64,000 bases of DNA. Origin: Hemiscyllium ocellatum (lineage: Eukaryota). Each line of letters opens with the position of its first letter. The stretch's first letter is position 1. This document shows positions 49,717 through 62,578 of this stretch, piece by piece. Where the stretch lies: assembly GCF_020745735.1 (NCBI RefSeq), contig NC_083410.1, forward strand, positions 46,536,117-46,600,116. Direction: 5' to 3'. The notes beneath the pieces are model-generated. The model made no database searches, had not been told where the DNA came from, and was given only the letters and a program-made list of their open reading frames with translations. The translations under genes were made by a program, and so were the position numbers.

Positions 49717-52700
49717 TTCCTGTTCCTTGGATGCTGCCTGACCTGCTGCGCTTTAACGAGCAACACATTTTCAGCTCTGAAGTACTCTCCTCTCCACTTC
49801 CGATTTAGAGAGATTAACCATTATTAATGTAGTAATTTTCTGTACAAAATCCGTAATCTGAAAATAAAAAAAGATATCCCTCCTAGATAGTACATCTTTC
49901 TGGCTTAACTGCTCGAATGACATCATGACCTCCCCGTCAAATAAATCTCCCTTTATGGAGATTCCTCTAAACTCCCAGAGCCTAAAGCCAGAATCCATCG
50001 ATCCTGGCTGGAATCCTAACATTCCTACTATGGAAGTAAAAGGGGACATTTTTCGTGAATTGCCCTCACCTTGTAGCATTATTGTCCATGCTTTAACAAT
50101 GTTGAGGACAGTCGGATTTCTGCAATGGTCCATAACAGTCCTCATCTTGTCCATAAACAACAAATTAATGAGGGGGCATTTTGCCTGGGAGGTCTTGACG
50201 TCCAGCCAAATTGACCGCTGGTCCTGACAAGCCCAATCAGCCACTTAGGATAATCTGGAACTTAATTGATATTTCTTAAAATCTGGAAAATCCACACTCC
50301 CCCCATTCCCTGCAGAAGCTACAATTTGGCGAGCTTAATAAGAGGCCACTATGATGCCAGATAAAAGAGCCAAGACAACTGTTAAGCTTCCATAGCGGTT
50401 GCCAAGGCAGCATCAAAGGGAGCATTGGCATGGGATATAAAAAATGAAGAAGAATATTCATTTGACCAGAGCTTTTCAACCCAACCATGATATCGGAAAA
50501 CCCTTAGCTTCCTTTTTACCTCATCAAAGGCCTTCCTCTTACAGATCACGGCTGCAGAAAAGTCTTGGAAAACATCATTCTTGATCCTTTGTATGTCAGA
50601 GCCTGTGGATCCTTCCCCAGTGCTCTAGAAGCTTCCAGCACCATTTGTTTATCTCAATAGTGCTGGAGTCAAACTAGGACCGGTCTGGGGTGCTGGTCCA
50701 ATTCGGGCCTGTGCACTGTGACCCGGTGAGCCCGCTTGACCCACACCCGGCCCACCCCGACTTTCAGCTTCAAAAACTGCGGGAGCCATTGCTCCAAAAA
50801 GCTAACCTTCCTTCTCCCGTTCCGGCAGCCTGATCAAGCGGATGCTGTTCCGACGGTCTCAATTTTCAAGATTGTCAACCTGCTCTACTAAGGCCCATAT
50901 CTGCCGTTCCAGGGCCTGGACCTGACTCACCGAGGATTCTGCCACGGTTTCAGAAGCCACGGTCTGCTGGTCCACCTTCACGATGCCCTGCCCATAACAT
51001 TGGATCTCCTGGTCATGCTTCTGCAGCGTGGTGTAGATCAGTTCCACCCTGGTCTGGGTCTCCTCCATAGCTGAATCAATCTTCTCTTGGGGTTTCATGA
51101 ATTCTGAGACCAGGCTGGGCTCCACAAGTAAGTCCCCTGGAACGTTTGTGGAGGCCAAAGCTGTAGCCGCTGACGTATCTGTTGCAACAGGGGAGTGCCC
51201 TGCTTGGTGCAATCCTCGCTGTCCTTTCCCCTCAGTCATTTTTCTTAATCAATTACACTGACATTCGCCAATTCTAGGGGTCAAAAACCAATGAGTTTTA
51301 CCACAATGGGTGAGAAAGGGAGGGTGAATGCACCACTTTGTCTAGGTTCTGATGCCGAGTTCAGCAAGGCAGACCTATTGGATCGTCGCCAGCTTGGATC
51401 TCTCTTTTAGATAGCTCAGCATTCATTCAAAAATTATCATTATTTCATTTTGCATGACTGAATTGATTGGGTACATTATTTATGTCAGTTTTTAGCCCTT
51501 TCCCGGAAAGCAGCTCCTTGTCACTTTTGGGAATACCTTTCATCCTGACTTCACTGACAAGTTCTAGAAAAATAAATATTGAGAAATAGTCAAGATTGAT
51601 AGTCAAGAAACAAAGACAAGAAGGAATTTTCTTATTTCATTTCAACTTTCAGAGCAGATTTCAAATGTTCTTACCATGTTAAGCTTAATGAATGAGTCGT
51701 CAAATTTGGATGTAGTATAATCAATTATTGTGATGATATAAAATAAAATTACAGTATTGTGACCTGACTGACAATTGTTTTTCAATAAATTCTGCTGAGC
51801 TCCAGGTGTAAGGTGTTTAATAACATTTTTTGAGGCTTTCATGAGCCTGCTGTTCTATGAATAATGGCTGTACAATTCTCTACTTTATATCTACCACTGC
51901 TTATTTACACATAAATTACCAGTGGCATCACATAAATAAATTATTTCTTTCAATGAAATATGCTGCCTAATAGTTGCACCTACCAATGTTCATTCAACTT
52001 CACCATGTTGTTGGACTAAATCTCTGAAGATTGCCTCCAATGTTTATCAGCAAAAACAATTATATTCCAAAGCATCAGTACATATAGATAAGGGAATTAA
52101 ATTATATATGTTGAAGCTGAATATACTTCACGGTGATGATGATGTATTTGCTCTTGAAAAAGCTGGATATTTTGATTAAAAAAGGAAGATCGCCCACATT
52201 TACATGTTCATTATTACCAGAACATTTCAACCCAGTTCTGTCAACATGATTCTAAAATAGAGTCTCAAAATTTTCATAAAATGTATTGCAAGATTTTTTT
52301 GCTGACTAGCATTGAATTGAAGATGAGTGCTCATTATAATACAATCGTAGAATACAAGAGGAGACTACTGAGCCCATCATACCTTTGCTACCTCTTTGAG
52401 ATGCTGTTCAATTAATGCTACTGTTGTGCTTTTTCCCTATCTCATGCAAATAATTCTATGATCTGTCCAATTCCCCTTTCAGGGCCCTGTTGAATCTGAT
52501 TGCATCGCTGTTATGTCCCCTTTTACTTATTTTGTAACTTCTCTGATTTCAGGCAATCCTGCCGGTAGTTAGTTTTGAAATAACTTCAGAATATCATATT
52601 AGGTGATGTTATGGTTTTCTAAACAATTAATATTCAAATTACAACATGAATATCCACCCTGAATTGGAAAATTAATGACATTTACCACACTAGAGGAGAT

Positions 52701-52869
52701 CACCTGTGCAAGTGCTACATTTTCAACTATTTCAAACTACTTTAACCCTAGTTCCCGGAAACCTTTTTTTTTTACAAATCCTTATTTAATTCTATTTTAA
52801 GTGATCTCGTAATAACCATCTGTAGAAATGCAATGATTGTTTAACAATCTTCCTCCCATCTTCAAATCT

Positions 52870-53200
52870 TTATTAGCTTGTGACTTAACTGTTCCCATGC
52901 TGCCATGGACTGTATCACATCTTCCAAACTCAATAGACTTCAGCTGATTGAAACCTCTGCTGTCCAGTTCTTAATTTGCACCAAGTCCCATTATCTCTGT
53001 GCTTTTTGACTTATAGCTTCTCATTCAAGAACTTTGACGTTATCAGTTTTGTTTTCAAATCCCTCCTTGACATCATCTTACTATAACCTCCTCAAATCCT
53101 GCCACCGCTATATCCACCACAAATTCCAGCCTTTTGCATATCCCTCAATTTATTTACTTCACTATTGAAGATTGTGTCTTTGGTTGTCAAGGGTGAAATC
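52870..53200 (+). mobile_element. L2 LINE 3' ORF2 remnant
   Basis: LNRLQLIETSAVQFLICTKS...VFKSL resembles L2 KLQLIQNSAA..LT.T...FK.L. Confidence 0.6.
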
Positions 53201-53317
53201 CTGTGCCAGTGATGGGTGTTTCCATAGACATCCTGGAGAACTGTTAAATCCTCCACATTGTCTTTTTCCAAAAATGTTCACTGATTGGTCCTGTTGAATT
53301 CATAATTGACAGGTACT

Positions 53318-53634
53318 TTAGATTAGATTAGATTACTTACAGTGTGGAAACAGGCCCTTCGACCCAACAAGTCCACACCGACCCGCTGAAGCGCAACCCA
53401 CCCATACCCCTACATTTACCCCTTACCTAACACTACAGGCAATTTAGCATGGCCAATTCACCTGACCCGCACATCTTTGGACAGTGGGAGGAAACCGGAG
53501 CACCCGGAGGAAACCCACGCAGACACGGAGAGAACGTGCAAACTCCACACAGTCAGTCGCCTGAGTCGGGAATTGAACCCGGGTCTCAGGCGCTGTGAGG
53601 CAGCAGTGCTAACCACTGTGCCACCGTGCCGCCC
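53318..53634 (-). mobile_element. Young full-length HE1-type V-SINE
   Basis: GGGCGGCACGGTGGCACAGTGG head, GGTTCAATTCC B box, CpGs retained, (AATCT)n tail; near-identical to 61618-61935. Confidence 0.95.
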
Positions 53635-54344
53635 ACCACTTAGTGGGCCTCTCCCTGGGATCAGGACCCCGGGTGCAGAGGTCACAACTGCTGAGTGTTT
53701 CTGGCCAATTATAAGGATTTTGGACAGTAGCACCATTGTTGAAGTTGTATTGCAGCCATAGTGTAAAGCATCAGAGGCCAAGTCCCAGTCAAGGGGTGAG
53801 CATTAATGGCAGGGGATCTTAACAGTGGTGTCTGTGGGGAAATGGGCAGCTTAGGGGATTCAGCAGTAAGGCATGGTAGGCTGTCTGCCACGTCCTTACT
53901 TCATGATTTAATAATCTTTGTGCATTTGAATGAAGAATCATTCTTCCCATGTACTAGCAATTAAACACACAATGATTTGTTTGCTTTACATATCGCATGA
54001 TTCACCTTCCCCAAAACTGAGATAACATCTTGAGTGGGGTGATGAGGCTGCTACAATTGGCTGCAGGGACGGAAGACCATCTAATGATCTTTCCAACATG
54101 GATTTGTGCAGGACAGAGGTGGGTCCCTACCCACTATCCTGCCACTTGATTAAATGCCACCACCACCAAAGTTGGCATGGGGATCCCCAGACCTCTCAAA
54201 TTCCTTACTAAACCTCTTCTCTCTTTCCTGCTCCAAGACAGTCTTTCAAACCCACCAAATGAGTGATCCTCTGTTCTAAAATCTCTCATTAGGTAAATCT
54301 TCAAAACTCTGTACCCCAGAGGGTTAAGGAAGCTCAATTATTAA

Positions 54345-54495
54345 GTAAGCTCAAGAAGGAGGTTGATAGATAGTTACTAATAACATCAAGGGGCATGGGG
54401 ATAGTGCGGGAATAAGGAAAGGAGAGCGATGATCTGCCATGATTAGAATGGTAGAGCAGGCTCAAGAGCTGAAAGACCTGCCGTTGCTCTAATAA
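54345..54495 (+). mobile_element. CR1 3' end remnant
   Basis: KLKKEVDR*L; gatctgccatgattagaatggtagagcagg 3' UTR. Confidence 0.65.
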
Positions 54496-55734
54496 TCCGA
54501 TAGGGTTCAATATTGAATTCTGATTGTTAATACTTCTCTCATGTACTATGCAACATTTTAGCGTATTACAATTTTTATGTAAATACAAGTTAGCGTTAAA
54601 CACTCCCTTTATTTATCGAGTTGTAATTAGATTAAACTTAATTTTAGTATTTATAAATGTGATATAGTGAGCATTACAGTATCATGGATACAAAGGGGTG
54701 TTTCTAGCAAGGAACAGTCCTGGAAGGAAGCACATACATGAACACACAGGAAGCATTAAGAAACAGCTTATTTGTGTCACTCCTAAAAATGACAATGTCG
54801 TGCTCCTAGTTACAAAAAAATACATTGAAAGCTGGAAGATATGGTTTGGTAAAATTGAACTGCATAAATATTAAATCACGTACTGCTCCAGTAAATAGTA
54901 ATAGCTGTGAAATGCGTAAATCCACATATCTCCAATTGATTTCTGAGTCGCAGCATTGTTTGGTGTAAATAGAAAAATGATGCGGTTGACACGGAAATAC
55001 ATTTTGTTCTTGAAAAGCTGCTTTAATCAAATATCTTGATAAATTGAAAATTTTCAATAAGTTGGGAAACTTGGGAGTGTTTTTTTTAAAACTTTTATTA
55101 ACAGATACCAGGATTGCTTAGTTGAAGTATAACAAATTTGCGTGTCACCATTTGTATGTGTTGTTTTCTTGTCATTTAGGACTTCAGTCAGCCATGATTC
55201 CTAAGCACTCTCTGATGGGACCATTTAAGGGACATATGTGCATAAAGAGCAGTTGTAAGTATCATGATATTAAGACGCTGAAATTGAGTAAATAAAGCTG
55301 GATACTGAGTTCACAGAATAAATTATCCATCTAACATGTTCTTTTTTATCAAATATACTCAACGTCTGTGCAAGAAATATTTGCAAAAATAGAAAATGGC
55401 CCAAAAATAGTTTACTGTGCCCAAGCTGTTATCACAATCAAGTTAGTTCTTCAGGCTTGATGTTGTACTAATATGAACAGGAGAACTCCATTCATCTCCA
55501 CAGGATGTCCAAAAGCTGGTCCAATCCGTTATCATCATCTGCTCCTGTGGCCTTTCCATCTCCCCACATACTCCCCCATGTTCCCAAAGGGTGTATCTGA
55601 GAGCCATTGATATTCAGGCAAGTAACCTGAAACTCTACAAAATCGACCACATTATTTCTGGAAACATGATAGGTGCCAAGTTGACCTTCGGTCTTCTTAT
55701 GGTAGTGCACTTTGCTTGCTGATTCTTGATTTAG

Positions 55735-56427
55735 GTTACACTAGCAAATGAGTGCAAGTCAGGGGATAACAAGCAATGGTGCAAGACTTCCCATTCATTT
55801 AAATTTTCAGGGACCCTTCAATGGACCAAATGAAACCACCTCAAAATGTGTCAAGGAGATAGCCTACACCTGGACCTTTTCTTATTTTAAAGGCAAGTGC
55901 CAGTCCTTGCATTCTGGATGTAATTTGATTGGTAAAACAGAATTGAAACAAAACACACTTTATTCAGACACTGTCAAAATACAGACAAAATAGAAATAAA
56001 AGAGAATTGGCGTAACCTAAGTATCAAAATACTTAACAAAACAATAAACTGCTCGCTAACTGTTCCAGTATAGTAACATCCCATGAACACACACCATGGC
56101 AAAGGCAAAGTCAGTAAAATAGATTGACTCACATGCAACTCTAACAGCAGGAAGAGAACCCAACCCTTTATCTATAGCAAAGATAGAAATGTAGCAGCTT
56201 TCACAATTCCAACAGCTGCTGAAAAGTAAATTCAAAATCCTGATTCTGTGGGAGCATGATCTCACCCATTCAGGCTGCTTCTGTTGCTCAATGCTTAGAA
56301 AAAACAGGCCTCACAAGCTGTTTACTTTATTAGTTTGAAGCAGATCACTTGCTACCTCTGTTCAACCTCTCTTCACAAAAGAAACACTGGACAAAATACA
56401 ACTCTTTAAGGCATAGATCTGTCACAA
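55735..56427 (-). mobile_element. Putative solo LTR
   Basis: Bounded by gttaca...tgtcaca, AATAAA on minus strand, no ORF; no TSD resolved. Confidence 0.35.
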
Positions 56428-57729
56428 CAGTGTTAGAGCATAAATCAGGTGGAAGACTGATTATGCAAATCAGTATGCTACACTGGTTAAAGAACATCTC
56501 AGGCACTTTTCATGAATGAAAATTCATAAATGAATGGAGAGCAGGCTGAGTGATTTGTTCTAGACTTCCCCATAGTTTAAAGGGATTGCTTACTGGTGGT
56601 TTGGACTTACTGAGTATAGCTTTCGGCAGGTGGCACAAACAGACTTTGCATCTAGTTTGGAAGGATGTCAAAGATCATGGACCCAATCTTCCGTTACAGG
56701 TAGTAAAATGACAGAAAAGTCTCTTCTGAAAATATTTTCAGTCATTTAATTGATACATATTCTGTTTATTGGTCTGGTTTCCTAACTGCTCATTCTGACT
56801 TGATTCTTTGACTCAATGCTCTCTAAAGTGCGATGATCAAAATGGGATAGCAAAGTGTGAAGCAGGAAGTAAAGATTTCACAATAGTAGGTACAGGCTAT
56901 TGTACCTTTTTTCAGATTGTAAATAAATGTTGTCAAATTGTGTTAATCACCATTGCGTATCTTTGAGTTTTCATTTGATTGAAATCTGTAAGTTTGAACT
57001 GTTTGGAGTTCTAAAACCTCATTCAAATGAGCAAGACTGGCCCATGAGCCTCCTTGGATCATTACAGACATGAATAAGTCTGTATAACAGACTACAGGAA
57101 ATCAAAGTTAGGCTAGCAGGATAATGAAGAATTAAAGGTTTGTCCCTACTCACGCACACCAGGCCACTCAAAAATGCATCCATAATATATTTTTTTAAAT
57201 TTCTACAGAAACTCTGAGTGCAGATGGCTTTTATTCACCTCAAAATATTTTCAACATTCAAATAATATTTTGATGCACGAGGAGCTCAAATTCCCAAAAA
57301 TGGGTTGTACAATTAAAATCAATGAATTTTTAATCAGGATTACATTCCATTTTTAACATGTTTGCATCTAAGTTTATTGGGGATGTGTCTAGATTCTGAT
57401 GAGAAGCTATTTGACAACATTGGGATTTACTTATTACAGAGACATGAGTACGTATTAACATAGCTAATCTCCTTGATGGTCATTAATGCGTTCCTCATTA
57501 ATTGATTTTAATATTGCTCCCAATTTAACATGTGCAGAGAAAACAATGATTAGACTGAGTTGTAGTTCTGGCAGGTATTTAAATCTATCGTTATCCTACC
57601 TGAATTAAACATCTTCACACTTCATCGTGGGTGTCATAGTTCATATTGGAAACTTTTAACAGTGATTGGTCTGTAATATGATCAAGATGTTGGACAGCAC
57701 ACCAAAACACAAAGAACACCACTGACCAC

Positions 57730-58030
57730 AGCAGTGACAACATCCTGTGGTAGTCTAAGAATTAAAGTTTTAACTGTAGAAAACAGTTTAAATTCCATGG
57801 AAATATGCTGGGAGGTTAATGTACCTAAAAGATTGGATTTGAGGAGATGGAGCAGGTGGAGAAACTTAAAACAAGTTATGACCTATCTGAAAGCAGGAAC
57901 TCTAAAGGAAAATATAGAAAGGAAACTGACTCTCTCTAAGTGTAAAGAAGTAGAAACTGTTCTGACTTCAGACTGCCCAGGAGTTTCGGTTTCCAGGATT
58001 TCAAACTACAATTCTATTCTCCACTCCCAC
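57730..58030 (+). mobile_element. Possible decayed CR1 ORF1 N-terminal fragment
   Basis: CGSLRIKVLTVENSLNSMEI...VSRISNYNSIL resembles the CR1 ORF1 coiled coil and LSNRY motif. Confidence 0.35.
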
Positions 58031-58537
58031 CCAACACACTTAGCACCATTCAGACTCCACCTTCTTGTTAACATTAGTGCCTACTATTTAGTTTGTCTAC
58101 GCATTTATGTTTGTTTGTAATTATAGGCTGAATCCAACTTTTTTGTCTAATTGTTAATTTAATTGAGTTTTATGGAGGTTTTCTCTCTGTGAGACTTACT
58201 GATATTTCTCACCAAACTCACCTTATTAACCACCTACCACACCCAAAAGATACCTTCTTAGTTTGAGGCCACCTCAATTCTATCACTTACCGTAGCCAAA
58301 AGAACTTGCTACTTACCAATATCCCAGAATAAAAGGACACTCTTGGCATCCACACCATCTTTAAAATACCAATACATACCCAGTCCAGCTCCTGAGAGTC
58401 TGGAATAGCCCTGCACGGTTCATCACCTATTCCTTGGTCATGACTGTTCAGAAAAAATTGGCACACACTTTACGTACAGGTACCCAGGTGTTCCAGTCAA
58501 TGGAGTGGTGAAGAGGCAAGATGGTCTCATCCCCCTT

Positions 58538-58690
58538 ATTTTATTTGTTCATGGGACATAAGTGTAGCTATTAGTCAGCATTATTGTCCATCCCTAATTG
58601 TCCAGAGGGTAGATAAAAGTTAACCACATTACTGTGGTTCTAGAGTCAAATGTAGGCTAGATCAGGTAAGGTTGGAAAATTTCCTTATCT
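58538..58690 (-). mobile_element. SINE 3' fragment with CR1/L2-group tail
   Basis: tttatttgttcatggga...ccatccctaattg is the reverse complement of the tail at 24520-24595; adjacent body differs from that LINE. Confidence 0.6.
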
Positions 58691-61600
58691 GGCTCGCTTG
58701 GTGTGTTGCCTGCCTGGTGCCAGGGTAATGAACATCTCTGACTGGCTTGAAAGGATAATTGAGAGGGACAGGGAGGATCCAGATGTTGTAGTCCATGTCG
58801 GGACAAACAACATATGAAAGCCTAAGAAAGGAGATCTGTTTGGGGATTATCAGGAAATAGAAACTAAATTAAAGAATAAGTCCTCAAGAGTTATAATCTC
58901 CAGATTACTATCAAAGCCATGTGCAAATTGGCATAGGGACATGGGAATAAGGGAAGTAAACCTGTGGCTAAAAGGATGGTGTGGAAATGAAGGTTTCCAT
59001 TTCATAGGGCACTGGCATCAGTGTTGGAACAGGAGGAATCTGTACTGTTGGGACGTTCTGCACCTGAACCAAGCTGGGACCAATGTTTGAGGGAAAAGAG
59101 GAAATAGGATGGTCAACACGACTTTAATCTAGAAAGTTGGGGTGGTGGTGCAGGGGAGGTGAAGGGAAGGGTAAAACTCCTAATAGGAAACAAAGCAGCA
59201 GGTTAACGTCTGTCGGTGGCAGATTCAACTGCGTGTGAGCGCTTGACAAATATGAAAACACAGGAGAACTCAGGAGATGTTATTAAAGTCTCCAGAACAC
59301 AAAATAGGATAGAGTATTTGGAAAGGATTAGGAATCAAACTTCAAGCACGCTGGATAAAGGGATGGCAATGTGAAGAGGGCCAGCCAATACACGACTGAA
59401 TGTGTTGTATCTGAATGCACTCAGTATACAAAATAAGGTAAATGAGCTTGTGGCACAGATTGAAATTGCCAGGTATAATGTGCTGGGCTTCATGGAGATG
59501 TGGCTGTAAGGGGATCAGGACTGGGAGCTAAATGTCCAAGAATATACATTCTATTGATAAGACAGGCAGGTGGGCAAAGAGGATGGGGCTGCCTTATTAG
59601 TAAGAAATGAAATTAAATCAATTGCAAGAAATGAAGTTGATGAAGAATCCATGTGGGTAGAGTCGAGGAACCACAAAATTTAAAATAAACCATAATGGGA
59701 GTTATATACAGGCCTCCAAACACTAGTCAGGATATGGAGCACAAGATACACACAGAGATAGTAAAGGTATGTAAGAAAGGTGAGGTTACAGTGACCATGG
59801 GGGATTTCAATATGCAAATGGACTGGGAAAATCAGGTTGGTAGTGGATCGCAAGAAAAGGAATTTATGGAATGTCTGTGAGATGGCTTTTTGGAGAAGCT
59901 TGTGGTGGAGCTCATGGGGGAACAGTCAATACTGGATTTAGTGATGTGCACTAAGACAGACTTGATAAAGGAGTTTAAGGTTTGAAACCCTTAGGAAGCA
60001 GTGACCTTAATATGATCGAATTTACTCAGCAATTTGAGAGGGAGAAGCTGGAATCTGAGGCCATTGTATTACAGTTGAGTAAAAGAAATACAGAGGCATG
60101 AGGGAGGAGCTGACCAGAATTGACTGGGAGAGGAAGGAAAGGCAGGAAAGCAATGGCAGGAGTTTCTGGGAGTAATTCAGGATACACAGCAAAAATTCAT
60201 CCTTAGGAAAAAGAAGCATACTAAAGGGAGGACGAGGCAACTGTGGCTGACAAGGGAAGTCAGGAGCAGTGTAAAAGCAAAAGAGAAAGCATATGATGCA
60301 GCAAAGGGCAATGGGAACCCTACAGAAACCAACAGAGGATGACTAAAAAAGAAATAAGGAATAAGAAGATTAAATATGAGAGAAAGCTAGCCAGTAATAT
60401 AAAAGAAGATTGCAAGAGTTTGTTTAGATATATAAAGAGCAAAAGAGAGGCAAAAGTGTACATTGGGCCAGTGGAAAATGATGCTGGGGAACTAGTAATG
60501 GGGAACAAAGAAATGGCGGAGGAACTGAACAAGGACTTTGTGTCAGTCTTCACGGTAGAAGATATGAGTAACATCCAAAAGATTTAAGAGAGTCGGCGGG
60601 TAGAGATGGGTACGGTGGCCATCACCAAGGAGAAGGTGCTGGAAAAACTGAAAGGCCTGAAGGTGGATAAATCACCTGGACCAAATGGACTACACCCCAG
60701 AGTTCTAAAGGAGATAGCTAAAGAGATACTCGAGGCATTAATGGTTATCTTTCAGGAATCACAGGATTTAGGGAGGGTCCCAGAGGATTGGAAAATTGCT
60801 AATGTACCCCCCTGTTTAAGAAGGGAGTAAGGCAAAAGACAGGAAATCCCAGGTCGATTAGCCTGACCCAGGTCAATGGTAAGGTTTCGGAGTCTCTTGT
60901 GAAGGGTAAGATTTCTGAACACATGGTAATGCATGGTAAAATAGGGCAAAGTCAGCATAGTTTCATCAAGGGGAGTCACACCTGATAAATCTGTTAGAAC
61001 TCTTTGAGGAGGTAATGAGCACTTTAGATTAAGGAGAGCTATTGGATGTTATGTCAGAAGGCCTTTGTCAAAGTGCTGCACTGGAGGCTGCTGAGTAAGA
61101 TAAAAGCCTATACTGTCAGAGGCAAAGTACTAACATGGATAGAAGTTTGACTGTCTGGCAGAAGGCAAAGAGTGAGGATAAAAGGGTCCTACTCAGATGG
61201 AAGCTGGTGACTAATGGTGTTCCACAAGGCCCTGTGTTGGGATCACAATTTTTCACTTTATATTTAATGATCTCGATGAAGGAACTGAGGGAATCTGGCT
61301 AGGTTTGCAGATGATACAAAGATAGTTGGAGGGACAGGTAATATTGAGGAAGCAGAGAGGCTACAGAAGGACTTGGACCGATTAGAAGAGTGGACAAAGA
61401 AGTGGCAGATGGAATACAACTTGGGAAAATGTGAGTTCATGGACTTTGATAGGAAGAATAGAGGCATAGATTATTTTCTAAACGAGGGGAAAATTCAGAA
61501 GTCTGAAGTGCAAAGGGATTTGAGAGTTCTAGTCCAGAAAATCTAATCTAATCTAAAAAAACTCTTAAGGTAAATTTGCAGGTTGAGTTGGTAGGCAAAT

Positions 61601-62578
61601 ACAATGTTGGCATTTATTTAGATTAGATTAGATTACTTACAGTGTGGAAACAGGCCCTTCGGCCCAACAAGTCCACACCGACCCGCCGAAGCGCAACCCA
61701 CCCATACCCCTACATATACCCCTTACTTAACACTACGGGCAATTTAGCATGGCCAATTCACCTGACCCGCACATCTTTAGGACTGTGGGAGGAAACCGGA
61801 GCACCCGGAGGAAACCCACGCAGACACGGGGAGAACGTGCAAACTCCACACAGTCAGTCGCCTGAGGCGGGAATTGAACCCAGGTCCCTGGCGCTGTGAG
61901 GCAGCAGTGCTAACCACTGTGCCACCGTGCCGCCCAAAAAGGACTATTTAAAAGGATTATTTAAAAAGGACTAGAACATGAAAGCAGGGATATACTTCTG
62001 AGGTTTAATAAGACTCTGGTCAGATCACATTTAGAGTATCGTGATCAATTTTGGACCCCATTCCTCTGGAAGGATATACTGGCCCTGGAGCAGGTCCAGA
62101 GGACGTTCACAAGAATGGTTCCAGGAATGAAAGGTTTAACATGTGAAGAACATTGAGGACTCGGGTGTATCCTTGATGGAGTTTAGAAGGATAAGGGGGG
62201 ATCTAATTGAAACGTGCAGAATATTGAACAGCCTGGACAGAGTGAACATTGGGAGGATGTTTCCATTAGCAGGAGAGACTAGGACGCAAGGGCACAGTCA
62301 ATTTAGAATAAAGGGAAAACCCTTTAAATGGAATTGACGATAAAACTTCAGCCAGAGGGTAGTGAATCTCTGGGATCCAGTGCCAAAGAAGGCTGTGTAG
62401 GTCAAGTCATTGAGTATATTTAAGGCAGAGATAGACAGGTTCTTGATTGTCAAGAGGATCAAAGGTTAGCTGGAGAAAGCAGGATAATGGGGTTGATAAA
62501 CTTATCAGCCATGACTGAATGGCAAAGAAAACCCAATGGGCCAAGTGGTCTAATTTCTGCTCCTTTGCCTGTTGGTCT
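58690..62578 (+). mobile_element. Near full-length CR1 LINE (ORF1 SGNH esterase + ORF2 EN/RT), pseudogenised
   Basis: VCCLPGARV..DPDVVVHVGTNN (esterase); LYLNA.SIQNKVNEL, YRPPN, MGDFN, VDKSPGP.GLHPRVLKE, FADDTK. Confidence 0.95.
61618..61935 (-). mobile_element. Young full-length HE1-type V-SINE nested in CR1
   Basis: Intact A/B boxes, V domain, (AATCT)n tail. Confidence 0.95.

Larger units (their letters stand above)
47042..49780 (+). mobile_element. Penelope-like element (Neptune type): RT + Zn-finger linker + GIY-YIG endonuclease, 5'-truncated with inverted pseudo-LTR
   Basis: KPADKGGAVV, FYLLPKIHK, AMGTRMGPSYACLF, YIDD, CNRRKCKTC, IIYCIRCTRCGLL*LGET; 47042-47236 is an inverted copy of the 3' end; 15-bp TSD CTGAAGTACTCTCCT; few frameshifts/stop. 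Confidence 0.93.
45829..51403 (-). mobile_element. L1-clade LINE, internally deleted, hosting two PLE insertions
   Basis: ORF1 50500-51239 (coiled coil, DNLEN.DRRNSIRL..LPE, RAHR, PRPVLV, FQDFS); ORF2 C-terminal CPKC...HCLWSC; AATAAA and A-tail at ~45830-45850; gatccaag.tggcg 5' end. Confidence 0.9.

Noticed and set aside
53318-53335. TTAGA repeats resembling telomeric repeats
   Set aside because: SINE (AATCT)n tail, not TTAGGG
54884-54960. NAATQK...YAFHSYYYLL similarity to ecto-ADP-ribosyltransferases
   Set aside because: Frame stops shortly after and no VYRG/STS catalytic motifs follow
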